DNA from: an uncultured Candidatus Saccharibacteria bacterium | GTDB lineage: Bacteria > Patescibacteriota > Minisyncoccia > Phycocordibacterales > SIBU01 | NCBI GenBank assembly: GCA_964430335.1 | Contig: CAYSEN010000001.1 | Coordinates: 1,653 to 65,652, forward strand | Direction: 5' to 3' | DNA: 64,000 nucleotides | Shown: piece after piece, positions 58,134-64,000 of the stretch | How positions within the stretch are numbered: position 1 is the first letter of the stretch | Layout of the letters: each line of letters begins with the position of its first letter | Made by a program: the position numbers and the translations under genes | Notes under the pieces: model-generated | Seen by the model: only the letters and a program-made list of their open reading frames with translations | Told to the model about the DNA's origin: nothing | Database searches by the model: none

Positions 58134-59072
58134 GTGCGACACGTTATGAAAAACGAAATTGAGAGCCTAAAAAGGCAATTTTTGGAATATATCGAGATAG
58201 AAAAGGGCCGGGCTATAAGAACCGTAGAGAATTATGACCATTATTTGACGGTTTTTATCAGACAGACCAAGGTCAGCGGTCCTAAAGATATAACCGACGA
58301 CAACGTCAGGGATTTTCGTATTTGGTTGAATAGACAATCAAACGGCAATAACCGCGCCACTGGGGACACTATGAAAAAGAAGACCCAGAACTATTATCTA
58401 ATAGCTCTGAGGAGTTTTTTAAAGTTTTTGGCCAAAAGAGGTGTCACTGCCCTGCCGGCGGATCATATCGAACTAGCAAAGGTTGGAGAAAGGCAAATAG
58501 ATGTAATATCTAAGGATGAATTAAAAAGATTGTTTGATGCTCCAAACAAGGAAAAGAATCTAGAAAGAAAGTTTCGCGATAAAGCAATCTTGGAAATGTT
58601 GTTTTCCACTGGTTTGCGTGTTTCTGAGCTTTGCTCATTAACTAATGATCTTGATTTACGTTTAGATGAATTTTCTGTTAGAGGAAAAGGAGGCAAGGTC
58701 AGGGTTGTTTTTTTGTCCGATGAAGCTAGGCACTCAGTAAAGGAGTATCTGCACCTACGTAAAGACATGTCCAATGCGCTTTTTGTTAAATTAAGTGATG
58801 AAACAGCTAAAAATGGTGATGTTACAGGTTTAACTCGGCGATCTGTAGAAAGAATTGTAAAAAGATACGCAACTATTGCTGGAATCTCAAAAAAAGTCAC
58901 CCCTCACGTCATTCGTCATGTGTTTGCTACGGATTTGCTTTCAAATGGTGCTGATATAAGGTCTGTGCAGGCCATGTTGGGCCACGCAAATATAGGCACA
59001 ACTCAGATTTACACTCATGTTACCGACAAACACCTGCGAGACGTGCACAAAAAATTTCACAATAAAAGCTAA
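58134..59072 (+). CDS. tyrosine site-specific recombinase (XerC/XerD family)
   Basis: C-terminal catalytic HVIRHVFATDLL...LGHANIGTTQIYTHV with the nucleophile Tyr. Confidence 0.85.
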   Translation: MRHVMKNEIESLKRQFLEYIEIEKGRAIRTVENYDHYLTVFIRQTKVSGPKDITDDNVRDFRIWLNRQSNGNNRATGDTMKKKTQNYYLIALRSFLKFLAKRGVTALPADHIELAKVGERQIDVISKDELKRLFDAPNKEKNLERKFRDKAILEMLFSTGLRVSELCSLTNDLDLRLDEFSVRGKGGKVRVVFLSDEARHSVKEYLHLRKDMSNALFVKLSDETAKNGDVTGLTRRSVERIVKRYATIAGISKKVTPHVIRHVFATDLLSNGADIRSVQAMLGHANIGTTQIYTHVTDKHLRDVHKKFHNKS

Positions 59073-59112
59073 AAAATGCCTTCGAAACTTCGTTTCGAAG
59101 GCATTTTTTGTT
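59071..59112 (+). terminator. rho-independent terminator after xer
   Basis: aaaaaatgccttcgaaac-ttcg-tttcgaaggcatttttt. Confidence 0.8.
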
Positions 59113-59118
59113 ACTATC

Positions 59119-59928
59119 ATGTGTATGAAAATAATTTCTTGGAATGTAAACGGCATACGGGCTGTTCACAAAAAAAATCTTTTTATTCCCTTTGTTGAGA
59201 AATATAAGCCAGATATTTTGTGTTTACAGGAGACAAAAGCTGAGCAGAACCAATCCTCTGTCGACCTCCCTGAATATGAGGAATATTGGAATTCAGCATT
59301 GAAAAAAGGTTATTCGGGAACTGCTATTTTTACAAACAACGTGCCAATTTCGGTTGCTAATGGTATACCTCAGAAAATCTCCAAAAAATTCAATTTGGGT
59401 CCAGACGAGTACGGTGACCCAACCACCGAGGGTCGCGTAATTATGGCTGAATACAAGGATTTTTTCGTTGTAACGGTTTATACTCCGAATGCCAAAGATG
59501 ATCTGACTCGAATTCCCCTACGTTACAAACATTGGGATCCAGCCTTTCTTGCCTACTGCAAGGAGTTAGAAAAAACTAAACCAGTAATTTTTTGCGGTGA
59601 CTTAAATGTGGCACACACACCAGATGATTTGGCCAGACCAAAAGAAAATGAAGGAATGAAAGGATTCACCAAAGAAGAACGAGAAGGTTTCGAGGCTTTC
59701 ATTCACGCTGGTTTTGTAGATACATTTAGAATTTCCCACAAAGGAAACGGCTTTTATACCTGGTGGTCTAATTGGTCAAATGCTAGAGGAAGAAACGTTG
59801 GTTGGAGAATAGATTATATTTTAGTTTCTCAATCGCTTAAAGATAAAGTCAAAAAGGCGGAAATACTCCCCGAAGTAATGGGCTCAGACCACTGCCCTGT
59901 CTACCTCGAAATCGATTTAAAATCGTAA
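59119..59928 (+). CDS. xth: exodeoxyribonuclease III (Xth/APE family)
   Basis: MKIISWNVNGIRA start region and C-terminal SDHCPV. The ORF-track upstream extension overlaps the terminator, so it is not used. Confidence 0.85.
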   Translation: MCMKIISWNVNGIRAVHKKNLFIPFVEKYKPDILCLQETKAEQNQSSVDLPEYEEYWNSALKKGYSGTAIFTNNVPISVANGIPQKISKKFNLGPDEYGDPTTEGRVIMAEYKDFFVVTVYTPNAKDDLTRIPLRYKHWDPAFLAYCKELEKTKPVIFCGDLNVAHTPDDLARPKENEGMKGFTKEEREGFEAFIHAGFVDTFRISHKGNGFYTWWSNWSNARGRNVGWRIDYILVSQSLKDKVKKAEILPEVMGSDHCPVYLEIDLKS

Positions 59929-60246
59929 AGGACAAGTTATCCACATGTATGTCCTTTACATGTCTTTTACAGCTGATACAATATTGCCAGAGATGTTAGA
60001 ACGGAGATGTGCTCCTCTGACAAAATGTTCTTTGATAAAGTGTTCTAATCTCTTTGAGATTCTAAAGTCAAAATTTAAATTCTGAAAATAAATCCTCAAT
60101 TTCTCTATGTTTTCGGATTATATATTTCAAGTTTAAAAATTCACAATAAGAATCTCTATAAGTTTCAACCGCCTTAAATGGTGCGACATTTTTAGAGCAT
60201 GTTTCAGTATTCATTACCATGAATGTTGTAACATGCTTTAAAGAAA

Positions 60247-60272
60247 GACCGCCTATGGGCGGTTTCTCTTTG
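60247..60272 (-). terminator. terminator hairpin 3' of cca
   Basis: gaccgcc-tatg-ggcggtttc followed by T-rich sequence on the minus strand. Confidence 0.6.
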
Positions 60273-60313
60273 GAAATTTTTGACCATATGGCCTAAAATA
60301 AAGACCAATTTGT

Positions 60314-61846
60314 CTAATTAACCTTATATTTTCCCCTTATTTTCTTTAAATTGTCATTTTCAACCTGATCCTTAGACTCCTTACCTTTTTCTGCTAACTT
60401 TATGAGTGTTTCATCTGAAACATCTTTAAGTTCTATAGCTCTTTGTTCGAGATACTCAGCGGTATTCAACTCCGGTTTTTCTAGCACTTCCTCTAAAAGA
60501 GCAAGCAAAATATGGCCAATTTTGGGTCCAGGGGTTACATGTGTAACCTCCATTAGTCTTCGGCCATCTATTTTAAGCATTCCCACTGTAACAGGGTCCC
60601 TCATTACTTCCTCAATCATTGCCTTATATTTTCTTAGTCTATAAGGATCCTCCTTAGGCCTTCCTGTTCCTATTCTGTCACATATACGTAGGTTCATTAG
60701 GTCCCAGACATTTTCCTTGCCCACCTTAGCAATCAACCTTCTGACCGCAGAAGGAGTGATTTGTTCGGTATCAGAGAAAAACATGTGCCATCTTATTAGT
60801 TTCACTACGGTTTCTATGGTTTTTTTAGGGAAAACAAGCCGATTTAAAATTTTCTCTGTTACACGTGAACCAACAACCTCATGGCCGTAGAAGGTCCATT
60901 GACTTGTTTCATGTGAAAAGCGTCTAGTTTCAGGCTTAGAAATATCGTGAAATAGGGCTGCTAGTCTTATTTCTAGGCTCCATTTCTTGTCCGCAGCGTG
61001 CTGTAAGGATCTTAGAAGGTGTTCCCAGACATCATATGAGTGAGCTTGGTTTTGCTCAACACCGATTGATTTCTCCAGTTCAAGGCTTATAAACTTAAGA
61101 ACACCCAATTCATGGCTTAGAATAAGGCCTGACATTGGATTGTCAGACATAATAATCCTGACGAACTCATCTCTAATCCTTTCATTAGCAATCTCTTTTA
61201 GCAGGTCTGCATTGTTTTTAATAGCTACCGAGGTTTCAGGGTCTATCTTAAAGCCTATTTCGGTCGAAATCCTAACGGCTCTTAGCATTCTTAGCGCATC
61301 CTCGTTAAATCTCTCGTGGGCATCCCCTACCGTTCTAATCAGCTTTGAAGATAAATCATCTTGTCCTTTATAAAGGTCAATCAATTGTCCTTTAACATCT
61401 GAATATATCTTTTCCGACTTAGGATCACTCGTATAATCTTCTATATCGAGCGCAATTGCGTTAATAGTGAAATCTCGACGCTTCAGGTCATCTTCTAGCT
61501 TGTTACTAAATTCAACGCTGTCAGGACGTCTTTTGTCGGAATAATCGGATTCTAGTCGGTAAGGTGTAATCTCAACAATCGAAAGTGTTTCATCTGAAAC
61601 GTTTTCGTTAACAACTCCGACTGTTCCGTACTTATTCTCATAGAATGTCTTTGGGAAGATTTTTATTATATCCTCTGGCCTTGCGTTGGTTGTGAAATCC
61701 CAATCTTTAGGTTTCCTTCCAATTAACAAGTCTCTTACGCAACCGCCGATCAAATAAGCTTCAAAGTTAGCCTTTTTCAGTGTATTTGATACATTTACAA
61801 TCTCGACTGGCAATTGAAAGTTTTGTGCTTGTTTTAAGGCTTTCAT
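60314..61846 (-). CDS. cca: CCA-adding tRNA nucleotidyltransferase with HD domain
   Basis: GGCVRDLLIGRKPKDWDFTT polymerase-beta head motif. HD domain residues later. Confidence 0.85.
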   Translation of the reverse strand: MKALKQAQNFQLPVEIVNVSNTLKKANFEAYLIGGCVRDLLIGRKPKDWDFTTNARPEDIIKIFPKTFYENKYGTVGVVNENVSDETLSIVEITPYRLESDYSDKRRPDSVEFSNKLEDDLKRRDFTINAIALDIEDYTSDPKSEKIYSDVKGQLIDLYKGQDDLSSKLIRTVGDAHERFNEDALRMLRAVRISTEIGFKIDPETSVAIKNNADLLKEIANERIRDEFVRIIMSDNPMSGLILSHELGVLKFISLELEKSIGVEQNQAHSYDVWEHLLRSLQHAADKKWSLEIRLAALFHDISKPETRRFSHETSQWTFYGHEVVGSRVTEKILNRLVFPKKTIETVVKLIRWHMFFSDTEQITPSAVRRLIAKVGKENVWDLMNLRICDRIGTGRPKEDPYRLRKYKAMIEEVMRDPVTVGMLKIDGRRLMEVTHVTPGPKIGHILLALLEEVLEKPELNTAEYLEQRAIELKDVSDETLIKLAEKGKESKDQVENDNLKKIRGKYKVN

Positions 61847-61904
61847 TTAGGGTTATTTTATTATATCTTTTGATTTTTCGCTAATTAGCGTATGATATGG
61901 AAAC

Positions 61905-61976
61905 GCTCTCGTGGTGAAATGGATATCACAACGGTCTTCGGAACCGTCGTTGGGGGTTCGAATCCCTCCGGGAGCA
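61905..61976 (+). tRNA. tRNA-Arg (anticodon UCG)
   Basis: Acceptor gctctcg/cgggagc (one G-U), anticodon stem acggt/accgt with loop cTTCGga, T-arm ggggg-ttcgaat-ccctc. Overlapping ORF 61892-62095 is spurious. Confidence 0.8.
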
Positions 61977-62055
61977 CAATAAGCGAAGCTATATTGCTCC
62001 CGGAGGGATTCGAGCGCCGGAGCACACGAAGTCCAGACTCAGCAGAGTTTGGGTG

Positions 62056-62120
62056 CGAGGCGGTGACCAGACAATCTACAAACGGCGGTTTGTAGATTAG
62101 TCGAGGTCGAATCCCTGTTG
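62056..62120 (+). ncRNA. conserved tRNA-trailing structured element (copy B)
   Basis: See copy A at 4838-4900. Confidence 0.5.
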
Positions 62121-62191
62121 TTTACGATCTTTGAGTATCAAGTCTTCTCATTTGTATAAATTTAATTTCAAGCTATAATGTTTGAAATTAA

Positions 62192-62262
62192 GCGGGTATG
62201 GTTTAGTGGTAGAATGGTTCCTTGCCAAGGAACAGACGGGAGTTCGATTCTCCCTACCCGCA
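62192..62262 (+). tRNA. tRNA-Gly (anticodon GCC)
   Basis: Acceptor gcgggta/tacccgc, anticodon stem gttcc/ggaac with loop tTGCCaa, T-arm gggag-ttcgatt-ctccc. Confidence 0.85.
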
Positions 62263-62373
62263 CAACAGTAAGGGTAAGGAGGCATGTTATGCCTCCGTGG
62301 GAGAATCGAAGCCCGATTGAGCCGAGCTTCCTAGCGAGCCAATTGGGGTACTGAAACTGTAAGTTTAGATTCT

Positions 62374-62392
62374 CCCTACCCGCACATTGTAG
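62374..62392 (+). repeat. 19-nt direct duplicate of tRNA-Gly 3' end (gattctccctacccgcaca), followed by a terminator hairpin at 62396-62423
   Basis: Exact copy of 62244-62262. The sequence between contains an inverted T-arm copy gggagaatcgaa. Confidence 0.7.
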
Positions 62393-62773
62393 AAAAACCG
62401 CTTTTATAGCGGTTTTTCTGTTACGCACTGGGCTGTTTGACGAAACATGGTGCTTTTGTTTACAGCGTGCATAAAAGCAGTCATAAGAACGTGTTGAAAT
62501 AGGACATTTTTAAAAGACCTTAGATTTTGGACATTCGTCACTATGTGACCACTAAATATCTCTTTGATGACTCATAAGGTCCGGGATTATATTCATTGTT
62601 ATCAACAAAAAACCTCAAAACTGTGGATAACTATGTGAACTAGTGTATAAGAGACAGTTTACCGCCAAAAGAGACATTCATCTCTTTCTGCCTTTTAATG
62701 GCCTAAAATATGGCTATTACAGGTATTTGTCCGATTCCGTTATCAGTTTCACGTGAAAAAAATGTGATAAAGT

Positions 62774-63175
62774 GTGTTTGTGGACATAAGGAAAACAGAA
62801 ATTCAAAAAACAGGGGCTTTAGGTGAGGATTTGGCGGTTAAATACCTTGAAAATAAAGGCTATTTTGTAATTAGACGTAATTATCTCAAAAAATATGGAG
62901 AGATAGATATAATAGCCAAAAATAAGGATTTAATTCATTTTATTGAGGTGAAAACTGTTACTGTTCCATCGGGTTTAAATTCAGGCAATGATTTTCATCG
63001 TCCAGAGGATAATGTTCATAAACAAAAGCTTCTAAGGCTTTCCCGAACTATTCAGGCCTATCAAATTGAGAATATGAAGGAAGGGGAGGATTGGCAGTTT
63101 GATGTGGTGACTGTTTTGCTCGACAAAATCAATAAAACGGCCAAAATCAATCTGATTGAGGATATTGTACTTTAA
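62774..63175 (+). CDS. yraN: YraN-family (UPF0102) endonuclease-like protein
   Basis: GALGEDLAVKYLENKGYFVIRRNY...GEIDIIAK...IHFIEVKT. The start may be a downstream codon. Confidence 0.7.
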   Translation: MFVDIRKTEIQKTGALGEDLAVKYLENKGYFVIRRNYLKKYGEIDIIAKNKDLIHFIEVKTVTVPSGLNSGNDFHRPEDNVHKQKLLRLSRTIQAYQIENMKEGEDWQFDVVTVLLDKINKTAKINLIEDIVL

Positions 63176-63322
63176 GGAATGGCCGTTTTTAAATTTATAT
63201 GATAAGCTTTGCATTCTAAGAATATTGATAAGTAAGCTGTGTCGTTTTCGTAGAGTGTGGTTTACAGGAAGTGTAAAAGTTCGGGGTTATTTGATCATTA
63301 ATTAATTTCTAGTGTTGTTCGT

Positions 63323-63393
63323 CGGGGCGTGGTGTAACGGTAGCATAAACGCTTTGGGAGCGTTCAGTCCGAGTTCAAATCTCGGCGCCCCGA
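63323..63393 (+). tRNA. tRNA-Pro (anticodon UGG)
   Basis: Acceptor cggggcg/cgccccg, anticodon stem aacgc/gcgtt with loop tTTGGga, T-arm ccgag-ttcaaat-ctcgg. Confidence 0.8.
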
Positions 63394-63521
63394 CGAAACA
63401 CAATAGTATTTAATGGACAAATGACAGGACGAGCGAGGAGTATCCTTGGCCCAAAGGGCTAAGTTCAAGTTTATGTCTCATCGATCCGTAGAGAATATTA
63501 TTTCTAGAACAAGCAAACACA

Positions 63522-63830
63522 ATGAGCAGACTTTTTCAAAGAAAAATAGAAGATTTTTCTTGTGAGAATTGTGGTCATGAGGTTACTGGCAATGGATACA
63601 CAAATCACTGTCCAAAATGTTTGTGGAGTAAGCACGTAGATGTAAATCCTGGTGATAGGGAAGAGAAGTGTGGTTTTCTAATGGAGCCAGTGTCTTACGA
63701 AAAAAGAGGAGAAGAGTTTTATATAACACACAAATGTCTCAAGTGCGGTTTTGTAAGAAAAAACTCTTTTACTAAAGGGGATAATTTTGAAGCTCTGCTC
63801 AGTATTGGCAAAGACAGTACTATTGCTTAG
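63522..63830 (+). CDS. RNHCP-domain zinc-ribbon protein
   Basis: CENCGH...YTNHCPKCLWSKHVD...CLKCG. Confidence 0.6.
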   Translation: MSRLFQRKIEDFSCENCGHEVTGNGYTNHCPKCLWSKHVDVNPGDREEKCGFLMEPVSYEKRGEEFYITHKCLKCGFVRKNSFTKGDNFEALLSIGKDSTIA

Positions 63831-64000
63831 ACCTCAGTTCTTTTAATAGCAAACTTCTCAAATCAGGCATTACTTGCTTGTAGAATTCTTGGCTGAAAAT
63901 TTCAACGTCCGATTTCAGTAATTGATCTAAGGTTGTACCAGAATTTTGAAACAGACTATTGTTGATATGAGCTATGGATATTGCTTTTAGATTTCTACCG

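Noticed and set aside
61892-62095. 67-aa plus-strand ORF
   Set aside because: It runs through tRNA-Arg and the structured trailer, so it is not coding.
1-64000. CRISPR arrays, rRNA genes, transposases/IS elements, integrase next to tRNA duplications
   Set aside because: No regularly spaced repeats, no rRNA-like conserved segments and no DDE or serine-recombinase ORFs were found. The only tyrosine recombinase (58134-59072) looks like housekeeping XerC/D next to xth, not adjacent to the tRNA-associated repeats.

Overview
The window is low-GC (about 35-40% by eye), gene-dense, with short intergenic regions and many small or divergent housekeeping proteins. This is compatible with, but does not prove, a reduced-genome Patescibacteria/CPR-like bacterium. 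The main contents are as follows.

- **Replication-origin neighbourhood (26.1-31.0 kb).** rpmH-rnpA-yidC-jag lie on the + strand and dnaA-dnaN-DUF721/DciA-like on the - strand, with DnaA boxes between them.
- **Housekeeping genes.**
  - Replication and repair: polA, a holA-like gene, fpg, ruvB, yebC-ruvC, UvrD/PcrA helicase, xth, a Xer recombinase, comM.
  - Translation and RNA: tyrS, rpsO, pnp, cca, ksgA, tsaE and a TrmH-like methyltransferase.
  - Cell wall: a murE-like ligase, a class A PBP and a LysM-M23 peptidase.
  - Type IV pilus: a lone pilB-like ATPase.
- **Four tRNAs:** Lys-UUU, Arg-UCG, Gly-GCC, Pro-UGG.
- **Finding 1: T4SS-like operon.** A 15.6 kb, 11-gene minus-strand operon (30951-46584) encodes a type IV secretion-like envelope machine. 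It has a PrgI/VirB3-like protein, a VirB4 ATPase split into two ORFs and a 1045-aa VirB6-like polytopic protein, plus many secreted or membrane proteins of unknown family. No relaxase or coupling protein is seen in the window.
- **Finding 2: high-GC islands.** One is a single lipoprotein gene at 9.2-9.8 kb. The other, at 13.3-17.0 kb, carries about six minus-strand hypothetical genes and two copies of a roughly 55-nt hairpin repeat.
- **Finding 3: tRNA-trailing elements.** The regions after tRNA-Lys and tRNA-Arg share conserved sequence-and-structure elements with a covarying hairpin. Each tRNA is followed by an inverted copy of its own T-arm, and the tRNA-Gly 3' end is duplicated 112 nt downstream.
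- **Possible adapter trace.** A 14-nt exact match to the Tn5/Nextera mosaic end sits at 62645-62658.

No CRISPR array, rRNA or obvious transposase was found.
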